Assembly: GCA_001179505.1 (NCBI GenBank)
Contig: CDMY01000259.1
Span: forward strand, 82,090-146,089
Reading direction: 5' to 3'
Source: Vitrella brassicaformis CCMP3155
Lineage: Eukaryota; Protista; Chromerida
DNA: 64,000 nt
Part shown: positions 11,676 to 23,527 of the stretch, in pieces
Layout: each line of letters opens with the position of its first letter
How positions within the stretch are numbered: the stretch's first letter is position 1
Made by a program: the position numbers and the translations under genes
The notes under the pieces: generated by a model
What the model saw: only the letters and a program-made list of their open reading frames with translations
Told to the model about the DNA's origin: nothing
The model's database searches: none

Positions 11676-14320
11676 TGTGTATGACACTGCTTACGTTACT
11701 GAGGGTGTATGCGATGCCCCGCTGGTCCCCATCCAAGAGTTCCGTCAGCACCAGGTCGAGCAGGCTGATGGCCATCCGCCGCACGGCACCAGGCAGGTCC
11801 ATCGTCTCAAAAGTGGTGTCGTCATACAGGCGGTATCGTGCGTGGTCCAATGTCAGCCGATCGATGACCATCCGCCACACGGCTATGTTGGGCATGCTGG
11901 CGCCGCGAGTGACCAGCAGGAAGCAGATGTGGGGCATGGCGCGGGGCAGGTCGGTCAGGGAAGAGAAGGCGTTGTTGAGCTGACGTGCCTGAACGACAAA
12001 CACGAATGCCATCCATCCATCCACCCCTCTCTCCCTCAGTCGTCCGCTCACCCAGTACTGGAGGGAGCGTGGGTCGGTGGTGACGCTGGTCATGCCCTGG
12101 AAGGCCTCGGCCACGAGAAGCATCGCCTCGCGCGTCTCGGCAGGGTGCAGCAGAGGGCCGAAGAGGGTGTGGAACAGCATGTCCACTTGCGGAATGGTGG
12201 CGCGGCGGGGGTCGATGCCGTCAGCGACTGTTGTGGTAGCAGTTTCCTGGAGTTGCGGCGCGCTTGTGGCGCGGCGCAGCTGGCGGCTTGTGCTGAAGCC
12301 GATGGGGTAGCTCTCTCCCGCCGGGATGAGATCCTGCTGGTAGGTCAGCTCCCCGTCATCGTCATTGTTGGCCGGAGCGCTGCCCCAGTCGTAATCGTCG
12401 TCATTGGCCGGTGCAGGCTGCTCTGACGGCTGCTGCTGCTGACGGGGCTGCTGCTGACAACACACACGCCCCAGCCAGCAACACACGTGCCTATGTGTGC
12501 CCATCCGTCTGTCTGAATGTGTTCAGGGTGTTGTGGTGCCCACGTTGGCCGCCGGTAGGGAGTTGCCCGAGCCCAAGTCGTCGTCCGAATCATCGTCACC
12601 GTTCCTGCCTGCCGACACAGACACGGGGGCCACGATGAGCTCCTGCGACTGGGAAGGGACGAACGGTGCGATCTTGGGCATCTGCACATCCTTGAGCGGC
12701 TCCTCCTTGGCAGTGTGGATGTCGGTGTCCTTGGTAGTGCTGACCATGGTGACGGCGGGGGCGCCGGCGGACTTCTCGGGGTCCTCCGCAACACTCGCGC
12801 CTGACGCATGGCACATGCAGGGAAAGGTGAGGGGTTTAGGTGGTGACCAGCGAGTCGCGTGCGTACCCGCAGCAGCAGGGGCCGTCTTCTTGTTGTTGTC
12901 TGTGTTGTTCTTGTCCTTGGCCTCCTTGTCAACACTACCAGCTACTGAACAACACACACAGACATCCACAGAGAAGGGCACAGTGATGAGTGAGTGGTCC
13001 GTCCGTCCGTCCTGTCTTCTCCGTGTTGGCTGTGGGTGGCTTGTAACCTTTGTTCTCGCATGCTGCTGCTGCTGCTGCTGCTCGGTGCGATTCTCCCCCT
13101 CCCCCTCCTCTCCCTTCTGACCCTCAGCCGTCCCCTCCTCACCGCACACGCCCACACCCACACCCTCACCCTCACACGATCCATCAACTCCAAGACCAAC
13201 AGCGACGTCAGGGGGCGACACCTGCTCGCCGCCCTCGCCACACGCAACAGCTCCCTCCTCACCCTCCCCCTCCCTGCCCTTGGCATCGTCCTTGGCCGCC
13301 TGGCCGTGGTCGTCGTCAGCTGTGTGGCCCTTGTCGATGTGGTGCTGGTCGACGGTCTGTGCGCCTTGTTCGGGTTTCGTCACGACGGGCGAGGCGGGTG
13401 GGCTTGCGCTCTCGATGAGCTGCTCGTGCTGCTTGACCATGGCCTCCACGGTGCACTTGGGCGGGCGTGAGGGGGGCTGTGGGGGTGTGGTGCGCTCGAG
13501 GGCGTCATTGCTGTGGTCGGATGGTGTCTGGAACTCCTGCTGCTGCTGCTGCTGCTGTTGGTCAGCCTGCCGTCCGCCGTCGCCATCGGTCTCCTCTGCG
13601 GGTTGGTTGCTGTCCTCTGGCTGGACGGCGGGTGACTCGTCCACAGTGGCATCAGCTGCGCACAGACAAACACATAGAGAGGGGGAGAAGACGGGAAACG
13701 TGTGGCAGAGGGGTGTAGTGGTGTTGTCTGATGGTGCAGTGGTGTGGAGGGGTGTGCGGCGGTGGTGGCGAGGCCTCTCTGACGTGTTGCTGACCCCAAC
13801 GTGGTGGCGCGCGACCCCTCTGACCACGTGTGTGTGCTGGTCTACACCCCCTGCCCCTTCCCCCCCGCTCACCGGGCTGCTCGTGTGGTTTGCTCTCGGT
13901 GTTTAGCTGTTCTTGGTTGCCGTCGTTGCCCTCTCCCTGCTGGTCTCCGTCGACGGCACCAGCCTCCTGGTGCTCGGTGGTGGTGATGTGGCCGTTCTCG
14001 GCTGTGGGCTGCTGTTGCTGCGCCTCAGGGGAGTCGCCACCGTCTTGACCGACAGGGGAGGGGTCTGCACACACGCGCACCACACCCCCCCCCCCACACA
14101 CATACAACACCATGTTGGACGCGAGACACGTGTGGCGTGTGGTGCGGTGTGTGAGGGTGTGTTTTGGCTGTGTGTGGGTGTGCGGTGGTGTGTGGTGTCG
14201 GCGCTAGAGGGTGTGTGATGAGATGCCGGGCTGGCGTGGACGTGGGGAGGTGTCTTGGTGTCTGCCCGTGCCACCCGTGCCCGTCTCCGTACCTTGCTCG
14301 CCGTGTTCTTGGTCTGACAT
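8349..14320 (-). CDS. Large multi-exon hypothetical protein: acidic low-complexity N-terminus, helical core, coiled coil, Gly-rich RGG-like end
   Basis: Splice chain from ATG 14320 (MSDQEHGEQ|DPSPVGQDGG...). Conserved-looking core PQVDMLFHTLFGPLLHPAETREAMLLVAEAFQ...LYIHHTRMATYLASIQQRQ and coiled coil LVREVEEEQKRRQEEARQRMEEEANARQ. Exons below ~9700 are less certain. Confidence 0.6.
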
Positions 14321-14799
14321 GGTGCGCAGTCTGTCAAGAAGGCCCTTGCCGTGACCGCCTGGCTCAGTGCTCCTCGGGAAACCTCAACACGTCGCCAACC
14401 TGGACAGACATGCGCACCAAAGACACACAATGCGCCAAATGCATGAGTCTTCCTGCGAGGATCTCCCCTCCTCGCCCTCGCCCGTGCGCCACTGACCCGC
14501 TGCCTCTCTCCCTAGAGGCCTGGCTCCCTGCCCGGATGAATCAGCACGACGCTGTCTGCCTGATGTGGCATGCACTTACCTGGTTTGGTCTCAGGAGCTT
14601 CGTGAGGGCTCCCTGTCGCCACACGTAGAGAGATTGGAACACAGGAAATTCCCGAAAGGAGAGAAAAGGCCGAAAAACTCGGAGGCTCTCGAAGGTCGTC
14701 GGCTCGCTCGGTCTTGAAACCCTAGCCCTGTAGAACCCTGGCGGTTTCTTTCAAAGGAGAGGACGCGAACTGGCCTCATGCAGTGAAGATCTGCCTTGC

Positions 14800-15462
14800 G
14801 TGGAGCTCGTATCCGGGGAGAAGGCGAACAACCGCCACATCGGCAAGCTCATCTCACCTCCGATGTGTCGTTCCTCACGCGCTGCACAGCCCTCGCCAAC
14901 ACCTCACCATGCCCCAGGCAGTCGGCTGCAGCTGCCCAGGGACAACGATCTGCCGCCCTTCCCTCCCCCTCTCTATGACGGCGAGAAGCATAAGCAGAAG
15001 GCGGCTGCAGAGGGCACAGAGGGCACAGAGGGCACAGAGGGCACACAGAGAGAGGGAGGGCATCCATCCATCCATCCATCCATCCATCCATCCATCCATT
15101 TTTCCTTTGTGTTGGTTTTGCGTTCCAGACTCCTGAGGGAAGCGCGAATATAACCCCTCCGTCTGGCCCAGCGCCCACCAAGCCCGTCACTCCACCCCCT
15201 CCCCAGGGCGTGCAGCAGCAGCACCAGCAGCAGCAACCTCCGATGCAGCCACCGCCACCGCCATCGATGAGTGACATGCCCTCAGCGGTCTGAAGCAGCT
15301 GAAGATGAACACCATCAGCGCTTTCGCCGGCAAGCGCAGACGGCTGCTGGGGGCTCCCTATCCGGGGTTGGCCAGGGATTTCCTCGAGTTCTTCCTGGAC
15401 CGAATGGACGCCTTCCCATCCCAGTGGATGAAGAGGGTCATCACTCTGTTGGTCGTGAGTGA
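14800..15462 (+). pseudogene. Pro/Gln-rich coding fragments with frame break
   Basis: Exon-like TPEGSANITPPSGPAPTKPVTPPPPQGVQQQHQQQQPPMQPPPPPS followed in another frame by LKQLKMNTISAFAGKRRRLLGAPYPGLARDFLEFFLDRMDAF; a 9-bp tandem repeat (CAGAGGGCA) sits in the intron. Confidence 0.25.
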
Positions 15463-16937
15463 CAGCTAGACTGTCGTGTAGCCACTGGCTGCCTGGGTAG
15501 TAGGGAGGGAGGGAGGGAGAGAGGGAGGGGTGGTTGTTTTTGTACGTTTGTGCGATGCAATGACATCATCATCGGATGCATGACATGATGGGTGTACAGT
15601 AGCCTGACTGTCCTGTGGATCAGAGACGGATGACTTGCGTGAGGACCAGCGGCTCAGCTCGTCTGCGGCCGTGTGTGAGTCTTTTTGCTCGCTAAGGGGA
15701 TGACAGCCTTGTCCCATGCGGTTGCGTCTTTATCCAGCAAACAAGGTGGTATGTCTACTAAGGTAGGCTGCTTCGCATGTGGCTGACGTCTGATGGACTG
15801 ACAACCGCATTTGTTTTATGTGGTTGCGGGCACGGCTTTTCCTCATGCACATATCTCTGCCCTGCCCTGTTCTGTGGGCTGCGTATCCTTGGTCCTGTGC
15901 TGTCCTCTCAGCTGTTGTCTGAAGGGGCGATGAGGCCTTCCAATGAATGGCCGTGCAGGGGGGAGACAAGGAAGTGGTGCCCTACGTGTCGTGTTTGGAC
16001 AGCGGCAGGGTGCAGTGGTCGATTACGTGCGGCGTGGAGGGCGGGTGCTTGAGCGATGCATGGCTAGAATGTGAACACATTATGGCTTTCGCTCTCGTAC
16101 ATGCCTCTCGTCGACCACATTGCAAAACTGGCGAAGAAACCCAGGTGGGTCTTCCGTGTGGTGTGTGTGTGTATGGAGGGGACGGGTCGAGAGCAGAGCA
16201 ACCATTGAGTGCATTGCCTTGCCAAGTCATTAACGCCATGCACGTACGTGTACGTGTGTCTGTTCATGCATGGTATGCGAGTCAGCCGTGTCGAAAGAGA
16301 AGGAAGTGGTTGCCGCCTTTGGTGGTGCTGTGGATGGTGGCCTCGCAGCGGAGGAGGGAGAGGGCCGCCGCGCGCGGGACATCAGCTCGGAGAAGTGGCG
16401 AGCACTCGCTGCAGACACACACACAGACAGAGAGACATAGACGTTGATGCATGTGTCCATGATCCTGTTATGTGTTCACTGACCGTCTGAGGTGCCCTCG
16501 TCCTACTTTGCCTCTGCCGCCACACACAGCGTTGCGCACGTGATGATTCCTCGCTCCATCACTGAGTCTCACCTAGTCTCACCTCGGGAAGGGGCTTCAC
16601 TCTTTCTCGCTCGGAATGGCAGATCAATTGCGGCAGATCGAAGGCTCAAAGCGTCAGAAAGGTGTTGGCGGAGGCAAGCGACGTCCGACGGGCCGCTTCA
16701 CCCTTGCTTTCGTTCATTTCCTCGCCGATCGCTGCTCGGCTGCCGAGAATTTCGCGACGGGGGCAGAGACGGCCTCCCCTCTTTTTTTTGTTTACTGTAT
16801 TTTCATGATGTCGGGCGTTGGAGGCTGTTATTCAAAGCTTTGTGCAGCGAATCGGTTGCCATGGACGCGGCTGCGGCGGCGAACAGCTGCGGCGGCGAAC
16901 AAGGACTGGCAAGGAGGTGCCGGAAGAGGGCACAGCA

Positions 16938-17564
16938 ATGGGTGAGGAGCCGGGCGACAGCGCCAGCGCCAGGAGGTGGTGGCTTATTGGGGAGGACAGG
17001 TTGCTGACGGACGAGGAGATCGATGCCATGATGCCGAGCGACGAGGAGATGGCGGCCATCGCCGAGCAGCGTCGGCGCGACAATGAGGACCTCAGGCCCG
17101 AGGACATCGCTGCGGTGCGGAGGCTCATCGCCCTCCACCGCGACCCTCGGGCCACCGACGAGGAAGTCCTACGAGCCAAGCAAGAGATACCGAGAGAGGT
17201 AAGGAGAGCACGAGGGATGAGGGCCGAGGGCAGAAGAGACGCAGAGAGAAGTCGGGCTCAGCTGTCACAGCAACGCCAAAAGGTGGGATGCTCTGCTGCA
17301 TGTATTCCTTCCAGGTGCTCCGCATCGCGCTCAACGGGCTGGAGCCACACGAGATTGAGGAGCTCGAGCAGGCAATTGTGCGGAACTGCCGCTGTGTCGC
17401 CTGTAAGTAGAGAGAGATGGAGAAGGCATAAAAGACGTGACACTCGACGACATACTTTCCCTTCTTCCCTTTGTCTGTCTTCCCCAGCCAACATCGCTGC
17501 TGAGCGAGGCGTCCCTCTGCCCAGTTTGTTTCCGCCGCCCCAAAACGTGAAACGCTTTCAGTGA
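16938..17564 (+). pseudogene. Family-X copy 2 (truncated, N-terminus frameshifted relative to copy 1)
   Basis: 16952-17540 matches 1966-2535 including two introns. The segment read as RQRQRQEVVAYWG in copy 1 is in a different frame here. Ends ...PPPQNVKRFQ* five bases before copy 3 starts. Confidence 0.6.
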
Positions 17565-17569
17565 GCGCC

Positions 17570-19300
17570 ATGATGACGGACGAGGAGACCAACGCCATGA
17601 TGCCGAGCGACGAGGAGATGGCCGCCATCATCGAGCAGCATCGACGGGACAAGGAGAACCTCAGGCCCGAGGACGTCGCTGCGGTGCGGAGGCTCATCGC
17701 CCTCCACCGCGACCCTCGGGCCACCGACGAGGAAGTCCTACGAGCGAAGCAAGAGATACCGATGGAGGTAAGGAGAGGGACGAGGGATGAGGGCCGAAGA
17801 GACTTGGGAAGAGACGCAGGAGAAGACGCTAAGGAGTCATTGTGGCACTGCTGCATATATTCCTTCCAGGTGTACCGCACCGTCTGCCATGGGCTGGAGC
17901 GCGACGAGATCGAAGACCTCACCAAGCTCCTGATCAGGAACTGCCGCCATGCCGCCTGTAAGTAGAGATGGAGAAGGAATGGATGACATGACTTTCTACG
18001 ACATACTTTCCCTTCTTCCCTTTGTCTGTCTTCCCCAGCCAACATTGCCGCTGAGCGAGGCGTCGCCCTGCCGACGTCTCCCCACCCCTTTCTCGCCACA
18101 CACGCCCCTCCCCCTGCCCCCGCCGTCTCCGACGCCCCTCCCTCTCCNNNNNNNNNNNNNNNNNNNNNNNNNNNNNNNNNNNNNNNNNNNNNNNNNNNNN
18201 NNNNNNNNNNNNNNNNNNNNNNNNNNNNNNNNNNNNNNNNNNNNNNNNNNNNNNNNNNNNNNNNNNNNNNNNNNNNNNNNNNNNNNNNNNNNNNNNNNNN
18301 NNNNNNNNNNNNNNNNNNNNNNNNNNNNNNNNNNNNNNNNNNNNNNNNNNNNNNNNNNNNNNNNNNNNNNNNNNNNNNNNNNNNNNNNNNNNNNNNNNNN
18401 NNNNNNNNNNNNNNNNNNNNNNNNNNNNNNNNNNNNNNNNNNNNNNNCCCCTCCCTCTCCCCCACCGCCACACACGCCCCTCCCCCTGCCCCCACCGCCA
18501 CGTACGTCCCTCCCTCCGTCCCCACCGCCACATACGCCCCTCCACCTCCCCCCACCGCCACGTACGCCACTCCCCCCGGCCCCATCGCCACCTATGCTCC
18601 TCCCCCCGTCCCCATCGCCGCATACGCCACTGCCCCCGTCCCCATCGCCGCATACGCCCCTCCCCCCGTCCCCCTGGTCCACCCCGCAGCCCGGTTCGTC
18701 CACTCCAGCCACCGATTTGTGCCCGTTCCCCGGTTCGTGCCCTCCCCGCTGCTCTCGCCGGCCATGAAGGAGGACGACAAGTGCTGGTGTGTTGAGATTG
18801 GGGAGTGGGTGGTGAGGGGGCTGGTGTGTGCGTATGAGTGTGTGTGTAACGGCGTGCGGTGCTTTGCGATGTGGGTGTGGGATGGGGTGAAATGGGTGGC
18901 CACGTGTGGCACGTGTCGGCTGTCTGGCAGGGACATCGGAGGCAGAGGGCCTGGCGGCCATCGCTGTCTACATTTTACATCCGGCTGTTTCTGTCTGGCA
19001 AGGACTCGTCACGATCTGATGACCCTTAATTTTATCATCAGTTGGCTCGTCACACCCTTTCACAGCGCTCGATGCCGGCCGGAGCATGCACGAGTGTCCG
19101 TGTTCCTCTCGTCATGCAGACGGACACTCGTGTGCTGTGTCCCTTCAAACCACCGTATTCTTAGCGATGATCGATCTTCTGCCTCGCGAAGGGCGCATCA
19201 AAAAGTTCCGAAGTTCCCCATATATCCGTGTGTCTTCCTTCCTGCGTGCACGATTCATGCAATTGGCCATGGATGTCAAAAAACGCACATAGCTACATAA
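17570..19300 (+). CDS. Family-X copy 3: helical module, 10-aa Pro/Tyr repeats, Cys/Trp-rich tail
   Basis: MMTDEETNAMMPSDEEMAAIIEQ...EIPME|VYRTVCHGLERDEIEDLTKLLIRNCRHAA|SNIAAERG... The frame is the same on both sides of the N gap; the tail DKCWCVEIGEWVVRGLVCAYECVCNG...WVATCG resembles the copy 1 tail. The stop position is uncertain because the frame runs on into a dispersed repeat. Confidence 0.6.
18148..18447. other. Assembly gap (300 N) inside a C-rich tandem repeat
   Basis: Run of N flanked on both sides by the same repeat family. Confidence 0.98.
18461..18670 (+). repeat. 30-bp coding minisatellite, 7 visible units (PTATYAPPPx)
   Basis: Units begin CCCACCGCCAC or CCCATCGCC every 30 nt; related units occur before the gap at ~18090-18147. 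Confidence 0.9.
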
Positions 19301-19335
19301 AAGAGACATACATAGATATGAATTGTCCGGCAGAC
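19069..19335 (+). repeat. Dispersed repeat R, copy 1, containing a 12-bp perfect hairpin
   Basis: 19100-19335 matches the reverse complement of 33594-33841; 19069-19090 exactly matches the reverse complement of 33365-33386; stem CACGAGTGTCCG (19089-19100) / CGGACACTCGTG (19121-19132). Confidence 0.9.
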
Positions 19336-19760
19336 GGAAAAATGACGATAGCTGGACGTCGACAGGGTGGACGGACCAATCTGAAGAGTCCATCCACCAA
19401 TCGAGATCGATCCACTTAGCCATCCAGCACCAAAACACCAAAACAGCTCTGTTTGTAGGTTTGTATGTGGGTGTGCATGCCATGCAAGTAGGTATGTAAG
19501 AAAACGCACCACGGTATCGCTCTTGGACCCGCCTACACAGACAGACACGAAGCCACTCACACGCACACACACATGCACACATATACACATGCACACACAC
19601 GCATGTCTGTCAGTCAGAAGGTAGACAGACGCGACACACACGCCCAGCCCAAATCCCGACCGCCATGAGCCAAAATGCTCGCACCACATACACACAGAAC
19701 ACACAAAGGAGACTGCCACCGTACCGTGTTAGAGGGGTGGTTTGATTTGGACCGGTCATG

Positions 19761-19900
19761 TCATGCGGCAGCCGGGCTGCCCGAGAAGGGCGGCTTGATG
19801 CCCTTGGGGATGGCGCTGAGCTTGTTAGAATACTCCTTGACGTCAGACAGCTCCTGGTTGTTCATCAGCTTCAGGTCGGCTATGCTCAGCACTCCGTCCC

Positions 19901-19935
<35 letters not shown>

Positions 19936-21750
19936 GGCATGTGTACAAGTGTGTGTATGGTTCTGAATGAGGTGTGTGTGCGTATGTACCGTTTTTGTCG
20001 AAGAATCTGAAGGTGCCCTGGATGTTCTCGAGGTCCTCCCTGCTCACGAGTTTGGTCTTCTCCAGCATGTAGAGCAGGAACTCCAGCTCGCTGACGGAGC
20101 CGCTGTTGTCCAGGTCAATGGCGATGATCCTGAACACAAACGCACAGGCACACACACACATGCATTGAGCGAATGTGTAGGCCGCGGGTGTGCTTTCGTG
20201 TGTACCGACCGACCGTTCGAGTGTGAGTGCCTTTCGGTAGAACATCTTCCTGTCGGCCGCCTGCTTCCTCCCCACTATCTCGCTCGTCACCTGCACAGGC
20301 ATACAGAGAGTATCGGACGTCCACACGCATCGAGAATGCCCTCTCTCTCTCTCATCCTCACCCCCTCCCTCACTGGCCCACTGACTTGACTTACCTGTCC
20401 AATGACGTTTGAGGTCATGATGACGCCGATGACGGCATACAGCATGCACACGCTCTTGGTCAGCGGATGGCTCGGCACCAGGTCTGGACAAACACACAGA
20501 GATAACCCGACAGAATGTGGCAAGGCGGTCTCTCTCCTCTGTGTGTGTCTTGTCTGTCAGCGTCTGACCTCCGTATCCGACGGAGCTGAGAGTGACAGTG
20601 GAGAAGTAGAGGGCCTGCAGGAAGCTCCAGTTCTCCATAGCCGAGAAGAACGCCTGACCAACACACACGACGTCAGTGCAGTCAAGGCTCAGTGCGTCAG
20701 TCCATCGTGTGGGTGCGTCATCCACCTACCGCTCCTAGTAGGAGGAAGATGAGTATCTGTCCGATGGCGAGGCCGATGAGTGTGTTGTGGCTGACAGTCA
20801 CATCGCCGACCATGTTGGCCGCAACCGTACCAATGGCGAAAGAGATTAGCGTGATGCTGCACACCACACACACACACACGGACACTTGCACTCAGACACA
20901 CCCGTCGCGGCCCTTGTGTGTGCCATGTGCCACTCAGCCACCTGATGAATATGTACACGATTTGGAAGGTCATCATGGCGGAACTTTCGGGCTCCAAGTC
21001 GCCGTAGCCCACTGTCGTGATCGTTATCTGGATGGAGCAGATGTGACAGACAGACAGCACACATCAACACTGCTTGTTCACTCACCGCCGAGAAGTACAG
21101 TGCATTGACGATGGGCCATCCAGCAACGAAGTGGTACACACACGCCCTGACATGACGAGCAAAGCAGGAGGATGCTGATTGTATATGGGCGTGTGAAATG
21201 CGATTTGGTTACCCGAACAGGAAGTGTGCAGTGAAGAGCCCAAACATGAGAGCCGTGAACCCCCATGACTTCATCGTGCCCTACATCCACCACATCCACC
21301 CATACACCCATCCCGTGACCACCACACACTGCTCTCCCTCCCAATATGCGCCGTGCACACAGACTGACCTCATATTCCTCGTCCGTGCTCACAAGCGACA
21401 GCATCGACGCCTGCCCGATGAACGACTGCGTCACGCCCCGAGCAAACCCCCGCCAGCCTACCGGCCCTCGAGCTGCCGGGTGCGGCGCGTTGGTGATGAG
21501 GGTGCGGACTGACGCTTCGGGCATCGATGTGGCTATCGATGTGGCTATCGATGGGGTCCCGACGATCTCACCATCCTGTGAGCACAGGGGTGAGAGGCAC
21601 AACAAAGGAGTGGCTGAGTGTGTGGCGGTGCGACTGGTGAGCGTTTCCTTACATCAAGGAATGGCCTGCGGTTCTCAATGTCGCCCGACATCAAATCAAT
21701 GCGCCTGCGAAGACCACGACAGAAGTGGAATGCGTAGACGTCCATCATGA
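19761..21750 (-). CDS. TPK: Two-pore-domain K+ channel with two C-terminal EF hands (plant TPK/KCO-like)
   Basis: Two pore loops ITTVGYGD and LSSVGYG|D preceded by NALYFS and QALYFS; four TM segments; EF hands IDLDNSGSVSELEF and FDKNG|DGVLSIADL; stop at 19761; start is ATG 21691 or ~21750. Confidence 0.9.
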
Positions 21751-22066
21751 TGTTGTGCAGAGTGCATGACTGACTGACTGTGATGCGATGCATCACCCAC
21801 CTGCGTGTCTGCTTGAGAGCTGGAGCTTCCAACAGAGATAATCTTATCCGGTGCTTGCGCCGTCGAATCCGTTGCGCTACGTCACGGAGCACTCACTGCT
21901 GCTCTCGACTGTCGCTCTCAGGTGAGAGAGAAAGTGTGTTCGACAGATGCGGTGCTGATCTTTTCTGCTGCTGAATCAGATCTTGCAAGAGATCTCCCGG
22001 GAGTGATATCACGACCGCACCAGATCTGCCGTTGAGCGCGCAGATGCAACGGTCACCTGGTCAATA

Positions 22067-23159
22067 ATGCACGATTTTATCTTTGTGATAGCACATCCCC
22101 TCGTCCGGGACCGTGCCCGGCACCTCCTCACGTTCATTGACGGGTCGCCCTTCTTCAAACACGTCCGCATATCCGTCGAACAGCTCTTCCCACAGGTGAG
22201 CATCGCCCGCCTCAGTCTCGCCTCCTGTCTCAGTGTGCTCCACACGTTCATGGCATTGCGTGCAGGATGCGCCGGCCTGCAGTGCCCGCGAGGTGTTTGA
22301 GGCTGTCATGGACGCTGTCGAGCCACACACGACAACCGAGAGCCTCTTCATCATCGATGGTAGAGACGACGGTCACCGGCACCCACAATGCCTGCCTTCG
22401 TTGCCCCCTGTCTGTTATCGCCCCTGCAGGCCTGCCGCGTTCGCTTGCCGACTGGAAGATTTGGCTGATGGCCCTCGGCTCCCACTCCCGCATCCGGTAT
22501 GTCGTGCTCATCGACCATCCTGACGGCATCATGCCGGCCCTCTCACAGACACTGAAGAGCCTCACCCTCCCGCCCCAACCAGCACCTTCGGAAGAAGAGA
22601 AGAAGGCGGACGAGGGAGCCGCAGAGAAAGCAGAGAAGGCAGGGACTACGGCTGAGGATGAAGGACAGAAGGAGAGGGAGGAGACAGAAGAGAGAGAGGT
22701 GAATCGGTCCCGTGAGGTGTATGAGCGGCTGCACGAGTCGTATGAGGCCTACGGGAGGGAGACGGTGCCCATTCTGAACAACCTCTACCGAATCGGCAAA
22801 CTCAGATCGGTCAGAAGGAAGAAGAGAAGAAATGGCCTGAAGGGTTCTCATCGGTGTGTGGTCATTGTAGATCATTCTTGATCCCTACGTCGACTTCTCT
22901 GCGTCTGTGGCCTATGGCTGGTCCTGCCTGAACGCCATCCTCGCACAAGCGGCCAAGGAGGACGACAGGCTCAGATTCTTCCGGCCACTGCCGAGTGAGA
23001 CAGAGAGAGAGGGAGACACCATCACGAGGCCACTTGCAGACACCAGCTGCGTGTGCGTGTTTGGCGTCAGGTTCCTTTGTGGAGGGCGAGGGGCGTGATC
23101 GGTTTGGTCAGCCATTCGGGGCTGTCAATGTGATGGCCGTGCAGACGGCCACACAGTGA
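22067..23159 (+). CDS. Nucleoside-monophosphate (adenylate/UMP-CMP) kinase-like protein lacking a P-loop
   Basis: Spliced FIIDG|LPRSLADW (cf. LDGFPR), YVVLIDHP, RLHESYEAYGRETVPILNNLYRIGKLRS (cf. NMP-kinase C-terminus). The N-terminal strand FIFVIAHPLVRDR has no GxxGxGK. Confidence 0.55.
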
Positions 23160-23527
23160 AGAACCAGCTTTGGCTGCGTGGGGACAGGTGGTCGGTGCAT
23201 GTGTCGATGAATGAATGAATGAATGGATACGTTCACTCATCCTTCATTCAAGGCAAGTATCAGACCGCAAGCCCTCTGCTGCTTTGCTGCCTGGGTGCGA
23301 ATAGCTGCCATTGACGTCTCCCGTGGCCGTGATGGCCACTAGGCCACGGGAGCCGTCGGCGCAGCATTCTATAACCAGTCAGCACCTCCACAGAGGAGGG
23401 GGTCATGTCATGTCGAGATAACTCGTCCCACCACATCTCACCCCAACCCAGAGAGACACGCAGCAACAAGGCGAGAGTTCCTCGTCGAGCACACGCCAGG
23501 ACATCCATCCATCCATCCATCCATTCA

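Noticed and set aside
14717-14724. Telo-box-like AAACCCTA in a likely promoter
   Set aside because: Single 8-mer, not repeated at other promoters in the window.
18461-18670. CRISPR-like array
   Set aside because: Contiguous in-frame coding units with no unique spacers; eukaryotic context.
19100-19335. Repeat R as a known snRNA, snoRNA or rRNA
   Set aside because: No match to U1, U2, U4, U5, U6, U3 or 5.8S sequences as I recall them, and no clear C/D boxes; an Rfam search is needed.
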